Assembly: GCA_963530295.1 (NCBI GenBank)
Contig: CAUSCF010000003.1
Location: 77,747 to 141,746, forward strand
DNA from: an uncultured Flavobacteriaceae bacterium
GTDB lineage: Bacteria; Bacteroidota; Bacteroidia; Flavobacteriales; Weeksellaceae
DNA length: 64,000 bases
Direction: 5' to 3'
Shown here one piece after another: positions 19,104 to 28,805 of this stretch. Each line of letters starts with the position of its first letter. Position 1 is the first letter of the stretch. Both the position numbers and the translations under genes were made by a program. The notes under the pieces were generated by a model that had not been told where the DNA came from, searched no databases, and was given only the letters and a program-made list of their open reading frames with translations.

Positions 19104-20942
19104 ATGAATCCTTATAGAAGAATTTTGGCATTTGCCAACCCTCATAAAAAATATATTTTCGGGAGTTTATTTTTTAATATTCTTTATTCCGTTTTCCAGA
19201 TAGCATCTGCGGGTACTATACTTCCTGTTTTGGGAATGCTTTTTGGAACTATTAATAATGACAAACCATTGGTAGAGCCTGTATACAGCGGGAATATGTC
19301 AGACTATTTTTCCTACCTGAAGGATTATGCATACTATCTAGTGGAGGTGAATGCAAGAGAACATGGAGCTTTGACAGTTTTGGCGTGGTTATGTGTCATC
19401 ACGGCGTTTGCGTTTTTTGCAAGAAATATTTTCCGTTACATAGGTTCTTTGATGCTTATTTATTATCGTGTAGGTGTAGCCAAAGACCTTCGTACTTCTA
19501 TGTATCAAAAGATTTTGACGCTTCCTGTTTCGTTTTTTACAGAACAGAGAAAAGGAGATATGATGTCCAGAATGTCTAATGATGTGGGAGAAGTGGAAGG
19601 AAGTATTTTGGGTAGTTTAGTAGAGTTGGTCAATTCTCCTTTTATGCTGATAAGTACGCTGATTACTTTGTTTTATCTAAGTCCAGAGCTTACATTTTTC
19701 ACTTTATTGGTTTTGCCAGTGATGGGAACTTTGATAGCACTGATAGGAAAAAGCCTAAAAAAACAAGCCCACGAAGCCCAAACCGAAATGGGAAATATTT
19801 TTTCTATCGTGGATGAAACTCTGAAATCTGCGAAGGTTATTAAAATTTTTAATGCAGATAAATTGCTAAACAATCGTTTCACGACTTCTATCAATAAGTG
19901 GCTGAATGCCGCAGTAGGCGTAGGTAAAAAAAGAGAACTTGCCTCTCCAATGAGTGAGTTTTTGGGTTCTATCACTTTCCTGATAATCACATGGTATGGA
20001 GGGAAACAAATCATTGAAAACCAAAGTCTTTCGCCTGAGGAGTTTTTGGTGTTTTTAGCAATGTTTTTCCAAATTCTGCCTCCCGCTAAAAGTTTAGCCA
20101 ATTCTATTTCTACTATACAAAAAGGAGGGCCAGCGCTGGAGCGTGTGATAGAGATTCTGGATGCAGATATCAAGATAGACGAAAAAGAAAATCCTATTTC
20201 TATCCAGACATTAGAAAACAGCATAGAGTTTAAGAATGTAGGATTTTATTATAATGAAGATAGAACCATCCTGAAAAACTTTAATTTAACTATTCCAAGA
20301 GGCAAAACAGTTGCTTTGGTGGGACAAAGTGGAAGTGGAAAAACCACGATTGCCAATCTTTTAGCCAGATTTTATGATGCCACAGAGGGAGAAATCCTGA
20401 TAGATGGGAATAATATAAAAGACCTGAAAGTAAGGGATTATAGACAAATGATAGGAATGGTTACTCAGGAGTCTGTATTGTTCAATGACAGCGTTTATAA
20501 CAATATTCTCATGGGTAAGCTAGATGCGGATAGAGAAGAAGTAGAAGCAGCCGCAAAAATCGCTAACGCCCATGATTTCATCCTCAATCTTTCGGATGGG
20601 TATGATACCAATATAGGCGATGATGGGAATAAACTCTCTGGCGGACAAAAACAAAGAGTTTCTATTGCCCGCGCTGTGCTGAAAAATCCTCCGATTATGA
20701 TTCTAGATGAGGCAACTTCCGCACTGGATACCGAGAGTGAGAGATTCGTGCAGGAAGCATTAGAAAAAATGATGGAGAACAGAACCTCTCTGGTTATCGC
20801 CCACCGTCTTTCTACAATCCAAAAAGCAGACTGGATAGTAGTGATGGAACGAGGAATGATACTAGAACAAGGAACACACAAAGAACTAATGGACAAAAAT
20901 GGAGCTTATAAAAAGCTCGTGGAATTACAAGATTTTGAATAA
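19104..20942 (+). CDS. ABC transporter ATP-binding/permease protein (MsbA-like exporter)
   Basis: N-terminal 6-TM domain. Walker A GQSGSGKTT, signature LSGGQKQR, Walker B ILDEATS. Confidence 0.9.
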   Translation: MNPYRRILAFANPHKKYIFGSLFFNILYSVFQIASAGTILPVLGMLFGTINNDKPLVEPVYSGNMSDYFSYLKDYAYYLVEVNAREHGALTVLAWLCVITAFAFFARNIFRYIGSLMLIYYRVGVAKDLRTSMYQKILTLPVSFFTEQRKGDMMSRMSNDVGEVEGSILGSLVELVNSPFMLISTLITLFYLSPELTFFTLLVLPVMGTLIALIGKSLKKQAHEAQTEMGNIFSIVDETLKSAKVIKIFNADKLLNNRFTTSINKWLNAAVGVGKKRELASPMSEFLGSITFLIITWYGGKQIIENQSLSPEEFLVFLAMFFQILPPAKSLANSISTIQKGGPALERVIEILDADIKIDEKENPISIQTLENSIEFKNVGFYYNEDRTILKNFNLTIPRGKTVALVGQSGSGKTTIANLLARFYDATEGEILIDGNNIKDLKVRDYRQMIGMVTQESVLFNDSVYNNILMGKLDADREEVEAAAKIANAHDFILNLSDGYDTNIGDDGNKLSGGQKQRVSIARAVLKNPPIMILDEATSALDTESERFVQEALEKMMENRTSLVIAHRLSTIQKADWIVVMERGMILEQGTHKELMDKNGAYKKLVELQDFE

Positions 20943-20968
20943 AATATTAACAGAAGAAATAATATAAA

Positions 20969-23038
20969 ATGCAAAACATAAAAAAGCTTTTACTTGTTCT
21001 TTTTAGTGTTATCATTACAGGAGTTTATGCTCAGATAAAAGACCCAGTAAAATTTAAACTAGAAGTCAATAAATTAGGCGAAAATGAATACGAAGCCATC
21101 CTCGTAGGAAAACTAGAAAACGGATGGCATATCTATTCTAAAGATATTCCAGAGGACAGCGGTATTCCCACAGAGATGAGACTCTTAGGGAAAAATATAG
21201 AACCCATAGGAAAGGTAACCGAGGTAGGAAAAAAAATAGATGAGTTTTCGGAGGCGTTTGGTGCTAGAATAGTCTATTATTCTAATACAGTGTCTTTTAA
21301 ACAAAAATTCAAACTAAAAGATGCTAAAAAATCTACCAATGTTTCAGCAGAAATTACTTACCAAACCTGTGATGACAGAGTTTGTCTTGCTCCCAATACC
21401 ATTGAGCTTCAGCATCAAATAAAGATAGAGGGAAGTGATATAAAGGACGAAGAAATTTTAGACAAGAAAGAAAATTCCGAAACTCCGAAAGATACATCCA
21501 CAGATGAAACACAGGCTTCGCAGACATTGGCTGAAAACCAAAAATTAGACACGAAAAACCTAAAAATACAAGGGCTTGATTATAAAAATCCTCTTGTTCA
21601 GTGTGGTACAGAGCAGACTGCGAATACAGATGAGAGCTATTGGACTTATCTATTTTTAGGCTTTGTAGGAGGGATTATTGCTTTGCTTACGCCATGCGTT
21701 TTCCCTATGGTGCCTTTGACGGTTTCTTTCTTTACCAAAGGAGCAAAAGACAAAGCGAAGGGCAGAAGAGATGCTGTTCTGTATGGTTTCTTCATTCTGT
21801 TGATTTTTACTTTGCTTAGTTTGCCATTTCACTTGATAAGCGGCGTTGCTGGAAATATTTTTAATGAAATATCTACCAGCGTATGGCTTAATTTGGCATT
21901 TTTTATCGTGTTTGTTTTCTTCGCGGGAAGCTTTTTTGGATACTATGATATAGCTTTACCTAGTTCCATAGCCAATAAATCTTCAAAGGCGGAAGAGGCA
22001 GGAGGAATTGTAGGAATATTCTTCATGGCGCTTACCTTGGTGATTGTTTCGTTCTCATGTACAGGGCCTATTCTAGGGTCATTGCTGGGAAGTGCAGTAA
22101 CGGGTTCGTCTAATGTTCCTATGCTGCTGACTTTTGCTTTGGCAGGTTTTGGTTTTGCTTGGGCGATTGTTTTCGGATTGTTGGCGCTGTTTCCACAGGC
22201 ATTACAGTCTTTGCCGAAGTCAGGAGGCTGGATGAATACGCTGAAAGTAGTGCTGGGCTTCATAGAACTGGGCTTGGCGCTGAAATTCCTTTCCAAAGCA
22301 GATTTGGTAGCGAAAACAGCATTTTTAAAACGAGAATTATTCATCGCCATTTGGGTGGTTCTTACTATTGGTTTAATATTATATTTGTTTGGGCTAATAA
22401 GATTTCCTCACGATGATAAAAAACTAAAAATTTCCCTTACGAGAAAATTATTTGGAGCGGCTGGAATAGGCTTTTTGGTGTATTTGGTTCAAGGACTGAT
22501 ACCGAGCGACAGACCGAAACTTTCTATGCTGAGCGGAATTTTGCCGCCGCTCAATGTGAGCTATTTTCATAATGAAAAAGATGGGATTTTGGGAATACAC
22601 CCTATTCATGATTATTTCGAAGCGGTAGAATTAGCAAAAAAAGAAAATAAACCTATCCTGATAGACTTCACGGGTCACGGCTGCGAAAACTGCCGAAAAA
22701 TGGAGGAATTCGTTTGGTCACAGCCAGACATTTTACCTATTCTTCAGAACGAGGTGGTTTTGGCTTCTCTTTATATAGATGATAAAGATGAACTTCCACA
22801 AGACCAGCAGATGAAAATAGACATGGGAAATGGACAGATGAAGAAGATAAAAACAATCGGCGACAGATGGAGTATGTTTCAGCAGATAAATTTTGAGAAC
22901 AATTCCCAGCCGCACTATGTTCTGGTAACTCCTGATAATAAGGTGATTAATACGCCTGTCTCTGGATATATGGACAAAGAAGATTTCAAGAAATTCTTAG
23001 AATGCGGGCTGAAACATTACAAAAATCATAAAAAATAA
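20969..23038 (+). CDS. DsbD-family thiol:disulfide interchange protein (N-domain, CcdA-like TM core, C-terminal thioredoxin fold)
   Basis: 689 aa. TM-core TPCVFPMVP and SCTGPIL motifs. C-terminal GHGCENC thioredoxin-like CxxC. Confidence 0.85.
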   Translation: MQNIKKLLLVLFSVIITGVYAQIKDPVKFKLEVNKLGENEYEAILVGKLENGWHIYSKDIPEDSGIPTEMRLLGKNIEPIGKVTEVGKKIDEFSEAFGARIVYYSNTVSFKQKFKLKDAKKSTNVSAEITYQTCDDRVCLAPNTIELQHQIKIEGSDIKDEEILDKKENSETPKDTSTDETQASQTLAENQKLDTKNLKIQGLDYKNPLVQCGTEQTANTDESYWTYLFLGFVGGIIALLTPCVFPMVPLTVSFFTKGAKDKAKGRRDAVLYGFFILLIFTLLSLPFHLISGVAGNIFNEISTSVWLNLAFFIVFVFFAGSFFGYYDIALPSSIANKSSKAEEAGGIVGIFFMALTLVIVSFSCTGPILGSLLGSAVTGSSNVPMLLTFALAGFGFAWAIVFGLLALFPQALQSLPKSGGWMNTLKVVLGFIELGLALKFLSKADLVAKTAFLKRELFIAIWVVLTIGLILYLFGLIRFPHDDKKLKISLTRKLFGAAGIGFLVYLVQGLIPSDRPKLSMLSGILPPLNVSYFHNEKDGILGIHPIHDYFEAVELAKKENKPILIDFTGHGCENCRKMEEFVWSQPDILPILQNEVVLASLYIDDKDELPQDQQMKIDMGNGQMKKIKTIGDRWSMFQQINFENNSQPHYVLVTPDNKVINTPVSGYMDKEDFKKFLECGLKHYKNHKK

Positions 23039-23088
23039 TTTGTCTCAAACCTTGCTAAAATAATATTTTTGCAAAAAGAAAAATAGAT

Positions 23089-23517
23089 ATGATAAACATA
23101 GCAATAGCATCTGACCATGCAGGTCACGAAATGAAAGATTTTCTAAAAAGAAAACTAAAAGCAGATTATAACATGGTGGATTTTGGGACATTTTTCAAAG
23201 AAAGTGTAGATTATCCAGATTTTGCTCATCCAGCCGCTACTTCTATCGAAAAGGGGGACTGCGTTTTGGGAATTTTAATATGTGGAACAGGAAATGGTAT
23301 GCAGCTGGCAGCCAATAAACATGAAGGTATCCGAGCTGGACTGGCTTGGAACCCAGAAGTTGCAGCTTTGACAAGACAGCACAATGATGCTAATATGGTA
23401 GCAATTCCAGCAAGATTCGTGAGCAATGAAGAGGCTTTGGAAATTGCAAAAGCATTCCTTACCGCAGAATTTGAAGGAGGTAGACACCAGTTGAGAGTGG
23501 ATAAAATAAAACCATAG
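23089..23517 (+). CDS. rpiB: ribose 5-phosphate isomerase B
   Basis: 142 aa. IAIASDHAGHEMK and ILICGTGNGM motifs. Confidence 0.92.
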   Translation: MINIAIASDHAGHEMKDFLKRKLKADYNMVDFGTFFKESVDYPDFAHPAATSIEKGDCVLGILICGTGNGMQLAANKHEGIRAGLAWNPEVAALTRQHNDANMVAIPARFVSNEEALEIAKAFLTAEFEGGRHQLRVDKIKP

Positions 23518-23547
23518 GAAAATAACGATTTTTGTTTTTTGTAATTC

Positions 23548-23585
23548 AATCCCCCTTATTATAAAAAGATGAAGGGGGATTTTTG
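23548..23585 (+). terminator. rho-independent terminator after rpiB
   Basis: Arms AATCCCCCTT / AAGGGGGATT followed by a T-run. Confidence 0.7.
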
Positions 23586-23644
23586 GTGAAAAAAGCATAA
23601 ATAATGTTATATTTGAAGAACAAAATTTTTAAGAAAAAACATTT

Positions 23645-25792
23645 ATGAAGAAAAAAAATAAATCACAAAAACAACAATACAAATTGGAGAGTATCGGAAG
23701 ACTCATTCTCCGATTTATGAATAAGAAAAATTCTAAAATATACAATTACAAACAGATAGCAGACGGCATAGACTACAAAAATCCGCGCCAGAGAGAACTG
23801 GTTATCCAGACTCTGCACAAACTGAGAGCCCAAGATAAAATAAAAGAAGTGGAAAAGGGCAAGTATATGGTAAACCTGCAGATAAAAGAGACGCTGACAG
23901 GAACGATAGATTTTGCGCTTAATGGAAATGCCTATGTAAGTGTGGAGGGACTGGACGAGGATATCTTCATCCATCAGAAAAATGTAAAAGATGCTTTGCA
24001 GGGCGATAAGGTCTTGATCATCACTTACAACTTCAAAGGGCGAAAGCTGGAAGGCTCTGTGTTAGAGGTTTTGGAGAGAGCCAAAGACTCTTTTGTGGGG
24101 ACATTTGAGTATGTGAAATATAAGGATTTCGGGTTTGTGATTTGTGATAAAAAGGTCATCAATACCGATATTTTCATTCCAAAATCTAAAATCAATGGAG
24201 CCAAAGACGGCGATAAAGTAGTCGTGAAGATGCTCCAATGGGACATTAATTCCAAAAACCCAGAAGGGGAAATCATCAAAGTATTAGGAAAGCCAGGCGA
24301 ACACGAAACGGAAATCCATTCCATCCTTGCCGAATATGAACTTCCCTACCATTTCCCTGAGGAAGTAGAGGATTTCGCAAATAAAATCAACCGAGAAATC
24401 ACTCCCGAAGAGCTGAAAAAAAGGAGAGATATGCGGGGGACACTCACTTTTACCATAGACCCGAAAGATGCCAAGGATTTTGATGATGCACTTTCGCTGA
24501 AAAAATTAGACAACGGAAATTGGGAAATAGGCGTACACATTGCCGATGTATCCCACTATGTGCAGCCAGGAACGCTTTTGGATGAAGAAGCATACAGCCG
24601 TGCGACTTCCGTTTATCTCGTGGATAGGGTAGTTCCCATGCTCCCAGAGATTCTCAGTAATGACCTCTGTTCGCTAAAGCCAAATGTGGATAGATACGCT
24701 TTTTCGGCGGTGTTTGAGATGAATGACAGGGCGGAGATAGTGAAACAGTGGTTTGGGCGTACAGTCATCCACTCTGACAGAAGATTCTCCTACGAAGAAG
24801 CCCAAGAGCGTATAGAAACAGGAAAAGGAGATTTGGCTGAGGAAATACTGGCATTAGACCACTTGGCGAAGATTCTCAGAAAAGATAGATTAAAGAAAGG
24901 AGCTATCGCCTTTGACCGCAGTGAGGTGAGATTTAACCTTGATGAAAATAATAATCCTATCGGAGTTTATTTTAAAATCAGTAAAGATTCTAACCACCTG
25001 ATAGAGGAGTTTATGCTGCTGGCAAACAGAAAAGTTTCCGAATATGTATCTCTTTCCAGAAAGGGCGAACCGACCCATAATACCTTTATTTATCGTATCC
25101 ACGATGACCCAGACCCAGCCAAACTGGAAGCACTGAGGGATTTCGTGCAGACACTCGGCTACAAAATGAATATTTCCAATTCCCAAAAAATAGCCGAAAG
25201 TATGAACAAACTCCTAAAAGATGTCGCAGGAAAAGGCGAGGAAAATATGGTGGAAACTTTGGCGATGAGAAGTATGAGCAAGGCAGTCTATTCTACCGAG
25301 AATATAGGGCACTACGGACTAGCATTCCCATATTATTCGCATTTTACTTCGCCTATTCGCCGTTATCCAGATTTGATGGCACATAGACTGCTCCAGCATT
25401 ATTTGGATGGTGGAAAATCGCCAAACAGAGAGGAATACGAAGAATACTGCAAACACTGCAGCGATAGGGAAAGGCTGGCTGCCAATGCAGAGCGGGACTC
25501 TATAAAATACATGCAGGTGAAGTTCATGGAAGATAAAGTAGGTCAGGATTTCACGGGGGTAATCTCGGGCGTGGCAGACTATGGTTTCTGGGTAGAAATA
25601 CCTGAAAACGGCGCCGAAGGCATGATAAAACTGAGAGACCTGATGGATGATTCCTACTTCCATGATTCGAAGGCGCATTCTATTGTCGGCACCAAGTCAG
25701 GCAAGACCTACCGCCTCGGTGATGAGATAAAAATACAAGTAGTAAAAGCCAACCTCATCCAGAAACAATTGGATTTTAAAATAGTAGAATAA
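23645..25792 (+). CDS. rnr: ribonuclease R
   Basis: 715 aa. RNB domain (DPKDAKDFDDA, HYGLAFPYYSHFTSPIRRYPD) and a C-terminal S1 domain. Confidence 0.95.
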   Translation: MKKKNKSQKQQYKLESIGRLILRFMNKKNSKIYNYKQIADGIDYKNPRQRELVIQTLHKLRAQDKIKEVEKGKYMVNLQIKETLTGTIDFALNGNAYVSVEGLDEDIFIHQKNVKDALQGDKVLIITYNFKGRKLEGSVLEVLERAKDSFVGTFEYVKYKDFGFVICDKKVINTDIFIPKSKINGAKDGDKVVVKMLQWDINSKNPEGEIIKVLGKPGEHETEIHSILAEYELPYHFPEEVEDFANKINREITPEELKKRRDMRGTLTFTIDPKDAKDFDDALSLKKLDNGNWEIGVHIADVSHYVQPGTLLDEEAYSRATSVYLVDRVVPMLPEILSNDLCSLKPNVDRYAFSAVFEMNDRAEIVKQWFGRTVIHSDRRFSYEEAQERIETGKGDLAEEILALDHLAKILRKDRLKKGAIAFDRSEVRFNLDENNNPIGVYFKISKDSNHLIEEFMLLANRKVSEYVSLSRKGEPTHNTFIYRIHDDPDPAKLEALRDFVQTLGYKMNISNSQKIAESMNKLLKDVAGKGEENMVETLAMRSMSKAVYSTENIGHYGLAFPYYSHFTSPIRRYPDLMAHRLLQHYLDGGKSPNREEYEEYCKHCSDRERLAANAERDSIKYMQVKFMEDKVGQDFTGVISGVADYGFWVEIPENGAEGMIKLRDLMDDSYFHDSKAHSIVGTKSGKTYRLGDEIKIQVVKANLIQKQLDFKIVE

Positions 25793-25800
25793 CAGCAATA

Positions 25801-25830
25801 AAAAACTCCCTTTTTTAGGGAGTTTTTTTA
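25801..25830. terminator. bidirectional terminator (rnr / array copy A)
   Basis: AAAAACTCCCT TTTTT AGGGAGTTTTTTT. Confidence 0.7.
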
Positions 25831-25832
25831 TG

Positions 25833-26729
25833 TTATTTGTTGTATTCTATTGTACGATAAGAATCGCTATTTTTATATTGTCCTGTAGCAGGATCTTTAG
25901 TTTTAAATTGTATTTTCGTAGGATAGTTGTTAGTGTTTAAAGTATATTCTACCATAGATTCTCTTGTATAATTACCATTCTGATAAGGGCTACCAGAATG
26001 ATAAAGAGTTTCGTTTATTTCTTTCTTTGCATAAGAAATAGGAAAGAATATATCATCGCTATCTTCTCCTCCAATTGCAACAGATGAATAATTAAGTTTA
26101 TCCATTCCTTTTATGTTTTCTATTAAACTATGATGATTTGCATATTGGTAAGTAGTAGTATTATTATTCGTCTTTTCAATAAGATTTCCTGTTGAGTCTC
26201 TCTCTTCAGAAACTTCTACTCTTTTTATTGGTCTTTTCTTTGCATCTAATGTGTAAGTGATGGTAGAAGTGGTTATAGAAGATAGAGTTCCGTCTCTATA
26301 ATCATAATTTTTAGATATCTTTTGTGCTGTTACAGTAGAACCATTGATAGTGTATGTTATATCATTTTCTGAAGTTTTAATAGTACCATCATAAAATTTT
26401 GTTTTTTCAGATATAAGGTTTCCATTAGAATCATAATTAAATACATAAGAACTTTCATTAGGATTATTCATAGAAGTGATTAAATCTCCTGTATAAGTGT
26501 AAATTACATCTTTGTTGTCATGAATAACTTTCATGAGCTTATTTCCATCATAACTAAAAGTAATTACTTTATCTGCTCTACCAGTTTGAGAATAGGTAGC
26601 TTTGGTTGGAAGAATTACTGTTTGGCTGATTGCAGGTGTCTGAGGTGTTGTAGGGTTTGTGTTGTCATTATCCCTGCTGCACGAAATAATCATCGCTCCC
26701 ACGAGAGCTGAAAATAAAATTTTTTTCAT
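25833..26729 (-). CDS. tandem-array lipoprotein, copy A (N-type alpha, middle type 1)
   Basis: 298 aa. MKKILFSALVGAMIISC lipobox, YD-like repeats, and the shared 152-aa C-terminal domain (one S-for-Y difference). Confidence 0.9.
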   Translation of the reverse strand: MKKILFSALVGAMIISCSRDNDNTNPTTPQTPAISQTVILPTKATYSQTGRADKVITFSYDGNKLMKVIHDNKDVIYTYTGDLITSMNNPNESSYVFNYDSNGNLISEKTKFYDGTIKTSENDITYTINGSTVTAQKISKNYDYRDGTLSSITTSTITYTLDAKKRPIKRVEVSEERDSTGNLIEKTNNNTTTYQYANHHSLIENIKGMDKLNYSSVAIGGEDSDDIFFPISYAKKEINETLYHSGSPYQNGNYTRESMVEYTLNTNNYPTKIQFKTKDPATGQYKNSDSYRTIEYNK

Positions 26730-26756
26730 TTTATATTGAATTTAAAATTAATTGAG

Positions 26757-26764
26757 CAAATATA
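26757..26764 (-). promoter_or_regulatory. candidate -7 box TATATTTG for copy A
   Basis: TAnnTTTG, about 30 nt upstream of the ATG. Confidence 0.45.
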
Positions 26765-26792
26765 AGAATAATATCTTTTACACTAAAAAGAG

Positions 26793-26819
26793 AAAACTCC
26801 CTAAAAAAGGGAGTTTTTT
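26793..26819 (-). terminator. terminator of copy B
   Basis: AACTCCC / GGGAGTT hairpin with flanking A/T runs. Confidence 0.65.
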
Positions 26820-26822
26820 GTG

Positions 26823-27722
26823 TTATTTGTTGTATTCTATTGTACGATAATAATCACTATTTTTATATTGTCCTGTAGCAGGGTCTTTAGTTTTAAATTG
26901 TATTTTCGTAGGATAGTTGTTAGTGTTTAAAGTATATTCTACCATAGATTCTCTTGTATAATTACCATTCTGATAAGGGCTACCAGAATGATAAAGAGTT
27001 TCGTTTATTTCTTTCTTTGCATAAGAAATAGGAAAGAATATATCATCGCTATCTTCTCCTCCAATTGCAACAGATGAATAATTAAGTTTATCCATTCCTT
27101 TTATGTTTTCTATTAAACTATGATGATTTGCATATTGGTAAGTAGTAGTATTATTATTCGTCTTTTCAATAAGATTTCCTGTTGAGTCTCTCTCTTCAGA
27201 AACTTCTACTCTTTTTATTGGTCTTTTCTTTGCATCTAATGTGTAAGTGATGGTAGAAGTGGTTATAGAAGATAGAGTTCCAGTTATATCATTATAATTT
27301 TTAGATATCTTTTGTGCTGTTACAGTAGAACCATTGATGGTGTATGTTGTATTTTCTTCTAAAACTTTAATAGTACCATCATAAAATTCTCCTTTTTCAG
27401 AGATAAGGTTTCCATTAGAGTCATAATTAAATACATAAGAACCTCCATCAGGATTATTCATAGAAGTGATTAAATCTCCTGTATAAGTGTAAGTTTGATC
27501 TTTGTTGTTGTCATGAGTAGCTTTCACGAGCTTATTTCCATTATAAATTAAAGTAGATACTTCATCTGCTTTACCAGTTTTAGAAGAGGTAAGTTTGGTT
27601 GGAAGAATTCTTGTTTGGCTGATTGCAGGCGCCTGAGGCGTTGTAGGATTAGTGTTGTCATTATCCCTGCTACACGAAATCATCATCGCTCCCACGAGAG
27701 CTGAAAATAAAAGTTTTTTCAT
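26823..27722 (-). CDS. tandem-array lipoprotein, copy B (N-type beta, middle type 2)
   Basis: 299 aa. Protein is identical to copy D. Confidence 0.9.
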   Translation of the reverse strand: MKKLLFSALVGAMMISCSRDNDNTNPTTPQAPAISQTRILPTKLTSSKTGKADEVSTLIYNGNKLVKATHDNNKDQTYTYTGDLITSMNNPDGGSYVFNYDSNGNLISEKGEFYDGTIKVLEENTTYTINGSTVTAQKISKNYNDITGTLSSITTSTITYTLDAKKRPIKRVEVSEERDSTGNLIEKTNNNTTTYQYANHHSLIENIKGMDKLNYSSVAIGGEDSDDIFFPISYAKKEINETLYHSGSPYQNGNYTRESMVEYTLNTNNYPTKIQFKTKDPATGQYKNSDYYRTIEYNK

Positions 27723-27749
27723 TTTATATTGAATTTAAAATTAATTGGA

Positions 27750-27757
27750 CAAAGATA
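27750..27757 (-). promoter_or_regulatory. candidate -7 box TATCTTTG for copy B
   Basis: TAnnTTTG, about 30 nt upstream of the ATG. Confidence 0.45.
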
Positions 27758-27785
27758 AGAATAATATCTTTTACACTAAAAAGAG

Positions 27786-27812
27786 AAAACTCCCTAAAAA
27801 AGGGAGTTTTTT
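27786..27812 (-). terminator. terminator of copy C
   Basis: Same AACTCCC / GGGAGTT hairpin. Confidence 0.65.
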
Positions 27813-27815
27813 GTG

Positions 27816-28712
27816 TTATTTGTTGTATTCTATTGTACGATAATAATCACTATTTTTATATTGTCCTGTAGCAGGGTCTTTAGTTTTAAATTGTATTTTC
27901 GTAGGATAGTTGTTAGTGTTTAAAGTATATTCTACCATAGATTCTCTTGTATAATTACCATTCTGATAAGGGCTACCAGAATGATAAAGAGTTTCGTTTA
28001 TTTCTTTCTTTGCATAAGAAATAGGAAAGAATATATCATCGCTATCTTCTCCTCCAATTGCAACAGATGAATAATTAAGTTTATCCATTCCTTTTATGTT
28101 TTCTATTAAACTATGATGATTTGCATATTGGTAAGTAGTAGTATTATTATTCGTCTTTTCAATAAGATTTCCTGTTGAGTCTCTCTCTTCAGAAACTTCT
28201 ACTCTTTTTATTGGTCTTTTCTTTGCATCTAATGTGTAAGTGATGGTAGAAGTGGTTATAGAAGATAGAGTTCCAGTTATATCATTATAATTTTTAGATA
28301 TCTTTTGTGCTGTTACAGTAGAACCATTGATGGTGTATGTTGTATTTTCTTCTAAAACTTTAATGGTACCACTATAAGATTCTCCTTTTTCAGAGATAAG
28401 GTTTCCATTAGAATCATAATTAAATACATAATAACTTTCATTAGGATTATTCATAGAAGTAATTAAATCTCCTGTATAAGTGTAAATTACATCTTTGTTG
28501 TCATGAATAACTTTCATGAGCTTATTTCCATCATAACTAAAAGTAATTACTTTATCTGCTCTACCAGTTTGAGAATAGGTAGCTTTGGTTGGAAGAATTA
28601 CTGTTTGGCTGATTGCAGGTGTCTGAGGTGTTGTAGGGTTTGTGTTGTCATTATCCCTGCTGCACGAAATAATCATCGCTCCCACGAGAGCTGAAAATAA
28701 AATTTTTTTCAT
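27816..28712 (-). CDS. tandem-array lipoprotein, copy C (N-type alpha, middle type 2)
   Basis: 298 aa. The N-terminal ~94 aa equal copy A. The middle block resembles copies B and D. Confidence 0.9.
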   Translation of the reverse strand: MKKILFSALVGAMIISCSRDNDNTNPTTPQTPAISQTVILPTKATYSQTGRADKVITFSYDGNKLMKVIHDNKDVIYTYTGDLITSMNNPNESYYVFNYDSNGNLISEKGESYSGTIKVLEENTTYTINGSTVTAQKISKNYNDITGTLSSITTSTITYTLDAKKRPIKRVEVSEERDSTGNLIEKTNNNTTTYQYANHHSLIENIKGMDKLNYSSVAIGGEDSDDIFFPISYAKKEINETLYHSGSPYQNGNYTRESMVEYTLNTNNYPTKIQFKTKDPATGQYKNSDYYRTIEYNK

Positions 28713-28739
28713 TTTATATTGAATTTAAAATTAATTGAG

Positions 28740-28747
28740 CAAATATA
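28740..28747 (-). promoter_or_regulatory. candidate -7 box TATATTTG for copy C
   Basis: TAnnTTTG, about 30 nt upstream of the ATG. Confidence 0.45.
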
Positions 28748-28775
28748 AGAATAATATCTTTTACACTAAAAAGAG

Positions 28776-28802
28776 AAAACTCCCTAAAAAAGGGAGTTTT
28801 TT
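28776..28802 (-). terminator. terminator of copy D
   Basis: Same hairpin. Confidence 0.65.
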
Positions 28803-28805
28803 GTG

